Below are positions 19,302 to 28,658 of a stretch of 64,000 nt of DNA, piece by piece. Origin of the DNA: Limnothrix sp. BL-A-16 (GTDB lineage Bacteria; Cyanobacteriota; Cyanobacteriia; CACIAM-69d). A program made the translations under genes and the position numbers. Within the stretch, counting starts at the first letter, position 1; each line of letters opens with the position of its first letter. The stretch spans positions 2,368,001 through 2,432,000 of the forward strand of contig CP166615.1 in NCBI GenBank assembly GCA_041937175.2. Direction: 5' to 3'. The notes below the pieces were generated by a model. The model was not told the origin of the DNA. It saw only the letters and a list, made by a program, of their open reading frames with translations, and searched no databases.

Positions 19302-21140
19302 TTACGACGTTTTTCGAGGGAGGCGGCGCGAGGCCCTTGGGGAGCGATCTCCCTGTCGCAACCGGGCGGCTCGATCGAGTAGGGAATCGGCAAAGGCATT
19401 GGCCGCCGCTAGGGTTTCTGTGGAACCCGCCGGGCCGTCGAGGCCCCCGGCCAGTTGGGCCAACTCCAGCCGACGATGTTCGGCTCCCAAGGAACTGAGG
19501 CGCACCACGGTGCGGATGCCTTCCCCATCCCCTTGATCGGCCACCGACTCGGCCAGCGGGGTGCTAATCGTCACCTTGGCCACGCGGAAGTGATGATCGG
19601 CCATGGCCGCCACGATCGGCTGGTGCGTCACGCAAAGCACCTGGTGATCTTGGCTGAGGTGATGGAGTTTTTGGGCGATCGCCTGGGCCACCCGCCCGGA
19701 AACCCCCGCATCAATTTCATCAAAAATCGCCGTTTGTACCTGGCTCACCTGGGAAAAACAAGCTTCAAACGCCAGCAAAAAGCGGCTCATTTCCCCACCG
19801 GAAGCCGTTTCGCTCAGGGGTTGCAAGGGTTCTCCGGGGTTAGGACTGAAGGTGTAGGTGATTCGATCGAACCCGGCCGACGAAGGGGGAACCCGCCCAA
19901 ACTCCACAGCGAACTGCACCCGCTCCATGGCCAGGGGAACCAATTCCGCCACCAGTTGTGTTTCCAGATCCCGCGCGGCCCGGCGACGCAGTTGATGCAG
20001 GCGATCGCACTCGGTTTCAAGGGCTTGATAGGCCGCTTGGTATTGGTGCTCCAAAGACTCCAGGGACTGCCCCCCGTCCGTCAACTCCGCCACCCACTGG
20101 TCCAGCTCATCGCGCCGCGCAATCAGAGCACCCAGATCGAGGTTATATTTCCGGCAAAGGGCCTTGAGTTGCATGATCCGCTCCTCCACCCACTCCAGCC
20201 GATCGGGATCGCTTTCCAGGCTGGCTCCGTAGGCGTTGATTTGCAGCCCCGCCTCCGTGACCTGGGTGAGGGCGCTGGTCACCATCTCCAAAATGGCTTC
20301 CACCTGTCGATCGAACCGGGCCGATCGCTCCAGTAGGGCTTCCGCCTTGCCCAACAGTTCCGCGCAGGAAGCCGCGTCATCGGCCCCGGCATAGAGCAAC
20401 TCATAGGCTTGGTAGCTCTGTTGTTGCAAATCCACCACATGGGTCAGGCGATCGCGCTCTTGCTCCAGGTCAGCCAGTTCCTGCGCTTCCGTGAGGGCCG
20501 CCGCCATTAACTCCTGCAACTGGAATTGATAAAGATCGAGTTGCTGTTGTCGCTGGGCTTCCTGTTGGCGGCGGTTGCTCAGTTGCAGCCACAATTCTTG
20601 GGCCCGGTCATAGGCTTTGGCCACGGCCGATCGCTGCTTCAAAATTGGTGCGCCGCCAAATTCATCCAGCCAATCTCGCTGGGATTCTGCCTGCAGCAAT
20701 TGCACCGTTTGCCCCTGGGCAGCAATGGTCACCAATCGATCGCGCAGGATGGCCATGCGGGCCTTGGGGATGGGTTGCCCATTGCAACGAAACCGGCTGC
20801 GCACCGTGCTGCGGCCGCCTTTGCCTCCATCGCTATTGCCGGGACTGCTGACAATTTCCACGCTGCAAACCAGCCGATCGCCTGTCATATCCCATTGCTG
20901 CACCTTCAGCCAGTCCCGCAGCGATCGATCAATGGCAAAGGTCGCCTCGATTTCTGCCCGATCACAGCCTGTGCGGATCGATCGGGCCGTGATCCGCCCG
21001 CCCAACACCGCCTCGATCGCATCGAGAATAATCGACTTGCCCGCGCCCGTTTCTCCCGTCAGCACATTCAGCCCGGGCCCAAGGGTCACTTCCAGCGCAT
21101 CCACCAGCGCAAAGTTTTCAATCCGCAATGACAGCAGCAT
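19302..21140 (-). CDS. recN: DNA repair protein RecN
   Basis: LRIENFAL, LTGETGAGKSI, ASGGEMSRF, IFDEIDAGVSG, LCVTHQP. Confidence 0.96.
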   Translation of the reverse strand: MLLSLRIENFALVDALEVTLGPGLNVLTGETGAGKSIILDAIEAVLGGRITARSIRTGCDRAEIEATFAIDRSLRDWLKVQQWDMTGDRLVCSVEIVSSPGNSDGGKGGRSTVRSRFRCNGQPIPKARMAILRDRLVTIAAQGQTVQLLQAESQRDWLDEFGGAPILKQRSAVAKAYDRAQELWLQLSNRRQQEAQRQQQLDLYQFQLQELMAAALTEAQELADLEQERDRLTHVVDLQQQSYQAYELLYAGADDAASCAELLGKAEALLERSARFDRQVEAILEMVTSALTQVTEAGLQINAYGASLESDPDRLEWVEERIMQLKALCRKYNLDLGALIARRDELDQWVAELTDGGQSLESLEHQYQAAYQALETECDRLHQLRRRAARDLETQLVAELVPLAMERVQFAVEFGRVPPSSAGFDRITYTFSPNPGEPLQPLSETASGGEMSRFLLAFEACFSQVSQVQTAIFDEIDAGVSGRVAQAIAQKLHHLSQDHQVLCVTHQPIVAAMADHHFRVAKVTISTPLAESVADQGDGEGIRTVVRLSSLGAEHRRLELAQLAGGLDGPAGSTETLAAANAFADSLLDRAARLRQGDRSPRASRRLPRKTS

Positions 21141-21327
21141 GGACCGTTGATTAACCCCACTCGCCTAGCGCTCTCCTAGCTTAAGGCGTGTCGCCTACCA
21201 GGTCGAAAGGCTTGGCAACCGGGAAAGGCTTTCGGCGGCCTATGTTGATCCAGTCGGCCCAGCGGAATGGACGAGAAAACCGAAACAGAACTGATCGTGA
21301 CCCGCAACCAACGAAAACCAGATCGCC

Positions 21328-21354
21328 GTAGGGGTTGGGAAACCCAACCCTGAC
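21328..21354 (+). repeat. REP-like GTAG-headed palindrome
   Basis: gtaggggttgggaaacccaaccc. Confidence 0.5.
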
Positions 21355-21376
21355 CTGAGCGATCGCGACTTTTCAG

Positions 21377-21501
21377 AGGATGTCTGAGAAGTATCTTTCA
21401 ATATGGGCTGAAGATTAATTGTCGTAGAAGGGGCTTGAGCATCTTGTCTACATCGATCTCTGGGGCGTACAGAGTAGCAATTTTGGCTTTTCAGACATCC
21501 T
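21377..21501. mobile_element. MITE family B (~125 bp)
   Basis: 15-bp TIRs aggatgtctgagaag / cttttcagacatcct (1 mismatch); degenerate internal GTAG..aaggggcttgagcatcttgt..CTAC. Confidence 0.65.
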
Positions 21502-21524
21502 TTCAGGTATTGATCAAATATCGA

Positions 21525-22670
21525 TCAAGGGCGCTGTTTCAAATAGGTTTCAATGGCTTGCCGAATATCTTGAGAAAATTGCTCCGTTGAAAACAGTTGA
21601 GCCTGTTTTTCAAGGGCCGATCGCATTCGGTTTTGCAGCTCCGAAGAGGACAGCAGAGCCACAATTCTAGCCACCGCTTCCTCATCATTGGCGAACATCA
21701 ATTCTTTGTTCTGTTCTCCGACAATTTCCACCTGGCCACCGCCCCGATCGCGCACAAAGGGAATCGTTCCCACCTTCACCATTTCCGCGATCGAAATGCC
21801 AAAGGGTTCCTTTTTCCAGTGGAGTCCATAGCGGCAACGGGACAGCACATTCACATAATCGGCATAGCTCAAGTTTTCGTAAAGGGTCACCCAATCGGCA
21901 TTTTCATCAATTTTTTGTTGTAAAAATTGCCGATATTTTTGACCATAAACCCCGCCACCACCGCCTGTGAAATAGAGCTTGATCGGAAAACCCTGATCGC
22001 GCACCCGCTTCAAAATTTCCAGCACCCGATGCGGTTCCTTGGCTTTGGTCAAGCGCCCACTACAGATAAAGGCTTCTTCGCGATCGGGCCAAGCCACCGT
22101 CGGCGCATCCACAGCCACGGGCGGATAAACCACCACCGGTTGGCCGCCATACCGCTCCTGAGTCACCGTGGCCACCATCCGTGAATTGGCGATCGACCAA
22201 TTGCGCCGCATTCTGGCTTCTGAAAACTGCGAAACCCAATAGAAATTCCGATTTTCTAAGACACCCACCCAATGGACATATTGCACCCCATCGCAGCCCA
22301 AATCAATCGCGTTGTAGCCAGAAACTGCCAAGTTATATTGCCGACTAAATTTCTTGAAAAATCGGATGCAAAAGTGGCAAAAAAACTTACGAAAAAACTG
22401 ACTATTGGCGATTAGAAATTCCACCAAATTCTTGAAGGGCGCTGGAATGCAATGGCGCACTTGCACCCGATCGGACAGTTGGGTTCCATAGAGCTGATTT
22501 AACCGATTGAGGTCGAGCGGGGTCAGTGTAAATAATGTCAAGTCATAGTCTGCCTGCAACGCATTCAACATCCACAGGGTCACGGCTTCCGCTCCCCCAC
22601 CCGCAAAAAACGGATAAAAAACCGCGATCGTGGTGGGAGTTTGGGGGCGGGGGTGTTGTTCTGAGGTCAC
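21525..22670 (-). CDS. Glycosyltransferase family 4 (GT-B)
   Basis: GGGAEAV, IANS, VVYPPV, GRLTKAKE, EPFGISIAE. Confidence 0.88.
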   Translation of the reverse strand: MTSEQHPRPQTPTTIAVFYPFFAGGGAEAVTLWMLNALQADYDLTLFTLTPLDLNRLNQLYGTQLSDRVQVRHCIPAPFKNLVEFLIANSQFFRKFFCHFCIRFFKKFSRQYNLAVSGYNAIDLGCDGVQYVHWVGVLENRNFYWVSQFSEARMRRNWSIANSRMVATVTQERYGGQPVVVYPPVAVDAPTVAWPDREEAFICSGRLTKAKEPHRVLEILKRVRDQGFPIKLYFTGGGGGVYGQKYRQFLQQKIDENADWVTLYENLSYADYVNVLSRCRYGLHWKKEPFGISIAEMVKVGTIPFVRDRGGGQVEIVGEQNKELMFANDEEAVARIVALLSSSELQNRMRSALEKQAQLFSTEQFSQDIRQAIETYLKQRP

Positions 22671-22868
22671 GATGAAAAACCAATGAGCGACGAGCGATCG
22701 ACCCGGCCAAGCAGCGGGCCCAGGTCGGGGGCCAATCCACGGGGCGATCGGCTGGGGCCATTATCGCCTAGCCTAACTTTCCCCTCTTTGCCCGCCAAGG
22801 ATTCAGCCAACCGGACAATTCCCCCAGGACGCTCGCTCCGATCATTTCGATCATTTTTTGACAATCAT

Positions 22869-22952
22869 CGGTAACCCGATCGGGAAAGTGGACTTTTTAA
22901 GACAGGAGTGATACCATGCACTGCATTAAACGGTAATCCGATCGGAAAACCG
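22869..22952. promoter_or_regulatory. Two copies of a 22-bp imperfect palindrome, putative operators, upstream of the sulfurtransferase cluster
   Basis: CGGTAACCCGATCGGGAAAGTG (22869-22890) and CGGTAATCCGATCGGAAAACCG (22931-22952), 62 bp apart. Confidence 0.6.
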
Positions 22953-22999
22953 GTCTTTATAGATCCAAGCAGTTCAAGGGCAAATGAGGGTTTCGACAA

Positions 23000-23995
23000 A
23001 TGGGCAGAATCAATGGCAGCGATCGTTGGACAAAACGAGCGTCTCGGCGTTGGCACTTCACAACCTGGCTGTGGGGCATGTTGGCGATCGCCCTTGTGGT
23101 GTTGTTGCCCACTTGGGCCTTGCCCGCCGTCGCCAATGCTCCCAAGGCGAAAATTGAATTTGTGTCACCCCAGTGGCTCAGCCAACATTTGAGTGATACC
23201 AACTTGCGCGTTTTGGATGTACGCAACTCGCCCCTGGACTACATCGGGGGCCATGTTCCCGGCGCTGTGCATATTGCGGATTTAGCCTTTCGCGGCCCCG
23301 ATGGCTTTTTGCCGGTGCAATATTGGGACAACGAAAAAATCGCATCGCTCTTTGGCAAAGCCGGGGTTAACAATCGCCAAAAGGTCGCCGTTTATTCCAA
23401 CGGTAATGACGTGTTAGGCGCAACCATGGTGGCCTACTTGCTGGAGCGATCGGGAGTCAAAGACATTGCGATCGTGGATGGCGGTTTTGCCGGTTATCAG
23501 GCCTCGGGCCAAACCGTCACGAAGGAATATCCCCGGTACGATCGGCAAACATTCCAACTCAAAGACGATCCCTCCGTTCGCGTCGCCCTGGCCGATGTGC
23601 GGAAATTAATTGGTCAACCCAACGTAGTTTTCATTGACCCGCGCCCTCCGGAATTATTCAGCGGTGAAAAACCCCTTTGGGTGCGAAACGGTCACATTCC
23701 CGGTGCCAGAAACATTCCTTGGCCCACCTTTACCGAAGCCAACAATTCCCAGGAAGCGCTCAAGAATCCCCACAAGCTGAAATCCTTGGATGAAATTCGG
23801 CAAATTCTGGCCAGCCGTAACATCACTCCCGACAAGCAAATCATTGTTTCTTGCAGCACTGGGCGGGAAGCTACCTTGCAATATGTAGTGCTGAAGCATC
23901 TTTTGGGCTATCCCAATGTGCGTATTTACGAAGGGTCTTGGACTGAGTACAGCACCACTGATTTACCGGTGGAAACTGGCCCCGATCGCGCCTAG
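23000..23995 (+). CDS. Exported two-domain sulfurtransferase (rhodanese, RhdA-like)
   Basis: Signal peptide (..WALPAVANA); GHVPGAVH, GHIPGARN, active-site CSTGRE, YEGSWTEY. Confidence 0.92.
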   Translation: MGRINGSDRWTKRASRRWHFTTWLWGMLAIALVVLLPTWALPAVANAPKAKIEFVSPQWLSQHLSDTNLRVLDVRNSPLDYIGGHVPGAVHIADLAFRGPDGFLPVQYWDNEKIASLFGKAGVNNRQKVAVYSNGNDVLGATMVAYLLERSGVKDIAIVDGGFAGYQASGQTVTKEYPRYDRQTFQLKDDPSVRVALADVRKLIGQPNVVFIDPRPPELFSGEKPLWVRNGHIPGARNIPWPTFTEANNSQEALKNPHKLKSLDEIRQILASRNITPDKQIIVSCSTGREATLQYVVLKHLLGYPNVRIYEGSWTEYSTTDLPVETGPDRA

Positions 23996-24154
23996 GAATT
24001 AATCCAAAGTTGACTGAACATTCAGTCCAGGATTTGGATTCTTTGGGTCGATTGTCAAAATTGGTCAATCTTAAACCCGTTGATCAGCATTGATCAGGGA
24101 CTGATTGACCAAGCCCCTTGATTCAAAATTACAGCCTTTACCTAGCTCAAGCCT

Positions 24155-24178
24155 GTAGGGCAGGCAATGCCTGCCTAC
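24155..24178. repeat. REP-like palindrome GTAG..CTAC
   Basis: gtagggcaggcaatgcctgcctac. Confidence 0.55.
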
Positions 24179-24299
24179 TCACTGCTTCATACCCCCTGTG
24201 ATGTGACGCACCAATCGTTCTAGGTCAAGGCTGTATGAATCGGCCAGCCTGAATTTTCTGCCAATTATTGCCCCAACCGAAGAACAAGGAGAGATAAAA

Positions 24300-24827
24300 A
24301 TGGCGCTATTTTTGGTTGAAGCATCGATTTTGAATCGGCATGTGGATGAAATTCGCACCGCTCTAGACCAAGTATCGAAGGCTGCACAGGCAACCCATTC
24401 AGAATTGATTGAGGCACAAATTGGTAAGGATCTTTTTCGACTCTTCGCCATCCTCAATGCCCAAGATGAAGTATCAGTACGCGCGGCTTTTTTGAATAGT
24501 AATCTGACGATCGAACTAGTTAAACCCGTGCGCTTGGTGGGGCAAGACCTGACTGTCGTTAGAACCCAAAAGGACAAGGCTAATTACCTTGTGGAATGGG
24601 ATTTGCCAGCGGGGCTGACGATGGACAAGTATTTGCAACGCAAGGCTGAAAAATCTCTTCTTTATGCTCAAGTTCCAACGGTTTCCTTTGAGCGAACCTA
24701 TGTTTGCGAGGACTTGAGTAAATGCCTCTGTTTTTATGACAGTCCCGATGAGGCAACGGTGAAGCAAGCGCGCGAGGTGGTGGGTGCGCCCATCGATCGG
24801 CTCACCAGTCTGGAAACGCTGGACTAA
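24300..24827 (+). CDS. DUF4242 domain protein with additional N-terminal domain
   Basis: C-terminal YLVEWDLP..VSFERTYVCED..KCLCFYDSPDEATV; AAGGAG SD upstream. Confidence 0.75.
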   Translation: MALFLVEASILNRHVDEIRTALDQVSKAAQATHSELIEAQIGKDLFRLFAILNAQDEVSVRAAFLNSNLTIELVKPVRLVGQDLTVVRTQKDKANYLVEWDLPAGLTMDKYLQRKAEKSLLYAQVPTVSFERTYVCEDLSKCLCFYDSPDEATVKQAREVVGAPIDRLTSLETLD

Positions 24828-24914
24828 GACTCAGGTTAATGCCCGGGAAAATGACCAATTTAGGGTCGATTTAGGTCGGTAATTTTGTAGGCAATCATTC
24901 TGTAGGCAATAGAT

Positions 24915-26153
24915 GTGAATACTGGTGTTGTCGATCCACAGGCAATCCGGGCTTTGCTGGCGGAGCAAGCCCAAGCAGTAAATGATGGCGAGGGTTACCG
25001 AGACAGTCGGAACTCATTGCGGCTGTTGGCATCGGTTGGCTGGCTCGGGCTGGGCATTCCCGAGCGCCAAGGCGGGACGGGGGGCACGCGTTTGGATGCC
25101 ATTGAGGCGATCGCCCAAACGGCAGAGGACTGCTTAACCAGCGCCTTCGTGTTTTGGTGCCAGCGAGCCTTTGCGGAATATTTGGTGGCCAGTGATAACG
25201 ACAAGTTGCGCCAAACCCTTCTGCCCCAGGTGGTACGGGCCGATCGCTTCGGTGCGACGGGTTTATCGAACGCCATGAAGCATTTGGCCGGCATTGAGGC
25301 CTTGCGGGTACAAGCCCGTTGGCAGGGGCAACGGTTACGCCTGGATGGCCATTTGCCCTGGGCTTCTAATTTGGTGCCGGGTGAGTTTTTGGTGGCGGTA
25401 GCGGCGGAAACCCCTGAGGGGGAAGCGATCGTGGCGGTGATTCCGGCGAATACCCCGGGCCTGTCGCGTAGTGCGGATTTGGATTTGTTGGGGCTGCGTG
25501 GTTCCAACACGGCGGCCTTAACCCTAGAAGGGGTGGAGGTTGATCGCACTTGGGTTTTGAGCGATCGGGCAAGGCAGTTTTTGCCGACTATTCGACCGGC
25601 ATTCTTGCTGTTGCAGTGCGGTTTGAGTTTGGGCAAGGCTCGATCGGCTCGGCGGGCGATTCGCAACACGCTCCAAACCCGATCGCAGGTCTTGCGGGGA
25701 GCCTTGCAGCAGCTTGATCACCGCTATGACGAGTTGGCCACGCAACTGCGGCAATTGGCGGCGCTCTCCGAGTTTTCCTTCGCTGAAACCCGACATCTAT
25801 TTGAAGTCCGCATTGCCTTAACTCGCCTGGCTGTGGATGCCATCACGTTGGAGTTGGAAGCGCAGGGGGGCGGGGCCTATCTCAACGACCATGCAACGGC
25901 CCGACGCTGGCGGGAAGTGGCGTTCTTGCCGGTGCTCACCCCCAGCTTGGTGCAACTGGAAACGGAACTGGCCCGCGTCACTCCCACCACCGCGATCAAC
26001 CCGGCGATCGAACCAGCCATCAGCCCCACGATCCACAACCCCTCCCGTACAACCCTGACCGCTGCCCCCGTTCTGGCTACGGGGGCCATTCCACCGTCGA
26101 TCGCCAAAGCCGCCGCGAGTCGATCGCCCTCCCGATCGGAGGTCAGGCGATGA
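24915..26153 (+). CDS. Acyl-CoA dehydrogenase-superfamily flavoprotein
   Basis: LGIPERQGGTGG, GATGLSN, LDGHLPWASN, LLGLRGSNTAALTLEGVEV, GGGAY..RRWRE. Confidence 0.85.
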   Translation: MNTGVVDPQAIRALLAEQAQAVNDGEGYRDSRNSLRLLASVGWLGLGIPERQGGTGGTRLDAIEAIAQTAEDCLTSAFVFWCQRAFAEYLVASDNDKLRQTLLPQVVRADRFGATGLSNAMKHLAGIEALRVQARWQGQRLRLDGHLPWASNLVPGEFLVAVAAETPEGEAIVAVIPANTPGLSRSADLDLLGLRGSNTAALTLEGVEVDRTWVLSDRARQFLPTIRPAFLLLQCGLSLGKARSARRAIRNTLQTRSQVLRGALQQLDHRYDELATQLRQLAALSEFSFAETRHLFEVRIALTRLAVDAITLELEAQGGGAYLNDHATARRWREVAFLPVLTPSLVQLETELARVTPTTAINPAIEPAISPTIHNPSRTTLTAAPVLATGAIPPSIAKAAASRSPSRSEVRR

Positions 26154-27136
26154 GTGAGTTGCTGCCGGTGACCGTGGGCCGATCGCCGGATCTGTGGGAG
26201 TCCGGTGAATTACCCGATCGCGTCAATGCCTCAATTTTGCGATCGCCCCCATCGACCGCGCCTCAACCCACCGCACCTCAACCCGGTGTCGCCAACGCTG
26301 CCGCCGATCGGGAGACGGATCGCCCATTGCTGACCGTGCGGGGGTTAACCCATCACTACCCAGTAGGACGCGATCGAGTCCTGGCCTTCGCGCAAATTAA
26401 CCTCGACCTTCGCCCTCGGGAGTTGGTTTGCCTGCTGGGCCCCAGCGGTTGCGGCAAGTCTTCGCTGCTGTTGGCCATTGCCGGTTTGCAACGGGCCACG
26501 GCAGGGGAAGTGCGGCTGAAGGGTCAACCCATCCAAGAGCCACAACCATCGGTGGGCATGGTGTTTCAGGGGTCGGCCTTGCTGCCCTGGTTAACGGTAA
26601 CCCAAAACATTACCTGGGGCTTGAAGTTACGGCGAATGCCGGCCATTGCCAAAGCAGTTGCCCGATCGCGGGCGGCCGAAGCCTTAGCCAGCGTTGGCTT
26701 AGGGGGCGTTGAACGGGCCTATCCTCACCAACTCTCGGGAGGAATGGCGCAGCGGGTGGCCCTGGCGCGGGCCTTGGTGCGGCAACCGGAACTGCTGCTG
26801 TTGGATGAGCCGTTCAGCGCCTTGGATGCGATTACGCGCCGATCGATGCAAGCGTTGCTGCTTCAGGCGATCGCCCGCTACCCAGCAGCCGTGTTAATGG
26901 TCACCCACGACATTGATGAGGCCTTGGCCCTAGGCGATCGGGTGGTGTTGATGGATCGCAATCCCGGGCGGATTCGTCGCCAGTGGATTTTGCGATCGCC
27001 CCCCACAGACCCCAACGATCGCTCCCTGCGAGATCCCGCCGCCCAAGGGGCCCTGCGTCGCGAAATTTTAGAGGAGTTGTTAACCGTGATTGACCCTGTT
27101 GTTCCGCCCTCGATCACGAGAGGTGTGCAGCCATGA
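26150..27136 (+). CDS. ABC transporter ATP-binding subunit (TauB/SsuB/NrtD-like)
   Basis: GPSGCGKSS, LSGGMAQRV, LLLDEPFSALD, VTHD; ATGA overlap with upstream gene. Confidence 0.93.
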   Translation: MSELLPVTVGRSPDLWESGELPDRVNASILRSPPSTAPQPTAPQPGVANAAADRETDRPLLTVRGLTHHYPVGRDRVLAFAQINLDLRPRELVCLLGPSGCGKSSLLLAIAGLQRATAGEVRLKGQPIQEPQPSVGMVFQGSALLPWLTVTQNITWGLKLRRMPAIAKAVARSRAAEALASVGLGGVERAYPHQLSGGMAQRVALARALVRQPELLLLDEPFSALDAITRRSMQALLLQAIARYPAAVLMVTHDIDEALALGDRVVLMDRNPGRIRRQWILRSPPTDPNDRSLRDPAAQGALRREILEELLTVIDPVVPPSITRGVQP

Positions 27137-28455
27137 CGCGCGATCGCCAAGCCCGCGCTCGATCGAGCCGCGCCACCCCCCATTGGATTGCGCCCCCCTT
27201 TGCCAGCGGCCCCACAGCCGGCCTGGGTTGCGACTGCTGCGGCCTCAGCCGACGAGATTTCCTGCAACTCACAGGGCTATTCTCAGCCTCCCTGGGGGCA
27301 ACCCTGGCCGTCGGGGGTTGCCAGCCAACCCAAGGCCCCGCTCAATCTAGCCCCGCTGCTTCAGCCCCTGCGACACCAACGGCCCAACCCCCGGTCAAAA
27401 TTGGCTACCTGCCCATCACCGATGCGGCTCCCCTGTTGGTGGCCCATGCCCGCGAGCTATACCAAGCGGAGGGACTAACGGCCGAAAAACCAACCCTCTT
27501 TCGCTCTTGGCCGCAGGTGGTCGAAGCGTTTTTGGCCAGACAGGTCAATGTCATCCATATCCTGATGCCCGCCACCTTGTGGTTGCGCTATGGCCGCAAG
27601 TTTCCGGCCAAGATTGTGGCTTGGAATCACACCAATGGCTCAGCCCTGACCGTCTTGCCGGAAATTGATCGCCTGGAAGACCTGGGCGGTCGCAAGGTGG
27701 CTGTGCCCTTTTGGTATTCAATCCACAACGTGGTGCTACAGCAACTGCTGAAGAAAGCGGGACTGAAGGTGGTGCGGCGGCCCAAAGAGGCCCAGGTAGC
27801 CGCCAATGAGGTGAATTTAATTGTGCTGCCGCCACCGGATATGGTTTCGGCCCTCGCCAACAAAGCGATCGCGGGCTACATCGTGGCGGAACCTTTCAAC
27901 GCGGCGGCGGAAAACCTCAAAACAGGCAAAATTCTGCGCTTTACCGGGGATGTGTGGAAGGATCACGCCTGCTGTGTGGTGCTGATGCATGAAGACGACC
28001 TCACCCAGCATCCCGATTGGGCGCAGCGGGTGGTGCAGGCGATCGTCAAGGCCCAGCATTGGAGCGGCGAAAACCGCGCAGATGTGGCTGAAATTTTGTC
28101 GAAGGAGGGTGGCAAATATACGCCTCATCCCAAAGCGGCCCTGATGCGGGCCCTAACGGCCTACGACCCAGCCGTTTATCAAGCCCAAGGGGCGATCACC
28201 CATCCCGATTGGCAAATCGATCGAATTGATTTTCAACCCTATCCTTTTCCGTCCTACACCGCTGAGCTGGTGCGCCTGCTCAAGGAAACCCAAGTGGAAG
28301 GAGAAACCCAGTTTTTACAGGATCTTGACCCCGAGTGGGTGGCCCAAGATTTGGTGGATGACTCCTTGGTGAAGGCGGCCCTGGCAGCGGTGGGCGGCCC
28401 CGCTGCCTTCCGGCTGCCGGAAAACCTGACCCGCAAGGAAACGATTGCGCTCTGA
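27133..28455 (+). CDS. ABC transporter substrate-binding protein (NrtA/CmpA/NMT1-like fold), Tat-exported, possible lipoprotein
   Basis: SRRDFL twin-arginine motif, AVGGC; KIGYLPITDA, AVPFWYSIHN, AEPFNA; ATGA overlap. Confidence 0.9.
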   Translation: MTRDRQARARSSRATPHWIAPPFASGPTAGLGCDCCGLSRRDFLQLTGLFSASLGATLAVGGCQPTQGPAQSSPAASAPATPTAQPPVKIGYLPITDAAPLLVAHARELYQAEGLTAEKPTLFRSWPQVVEAFLARQVNVIHILMPATLWLRYGRKFPAKIVAWNHTNGSALTVLPEIDRLEDLGGRKVAVPFWYSIHNVVLQQLLKKAGLKVVRRPKEAQVAANEVNLIVLPPPDMVSALANKAIAGYIVAEPFNAAAENLKTGKILRFTGDVWKDHACCVVLMHEDDLTQHPDWAQRVVQAIVKAQHWSGENRADVAEILSKEGGKYTPHPKAALMRALTAYDPAVYQAQGAITHPDWQIDRIDFQPYPFPSYTAELVRLLKETQVEGETQFLQDLDPEWVAQDLVDDSLVKAALAAVGGPAAFRLPENLTRKETIAL

Positions 28456-28658
28456 AGCTTTGGGGATCACCCCATCCAGCTCGCTTCAGTGCCAATTTCG
28501 CCGGGTCAGTTCCCGATCGATAGATCACAGTCATGCCGAGTCATGCCGATCTCGATTCACGCCGAGTTCGGGGAAGGGTGGCCAACGATTCCACCCATTG
28601 ACCCCACTCATTCAGCATCGTCAAGACAAGCATTAGGCATTGGAGGGATTGAGCGGCC

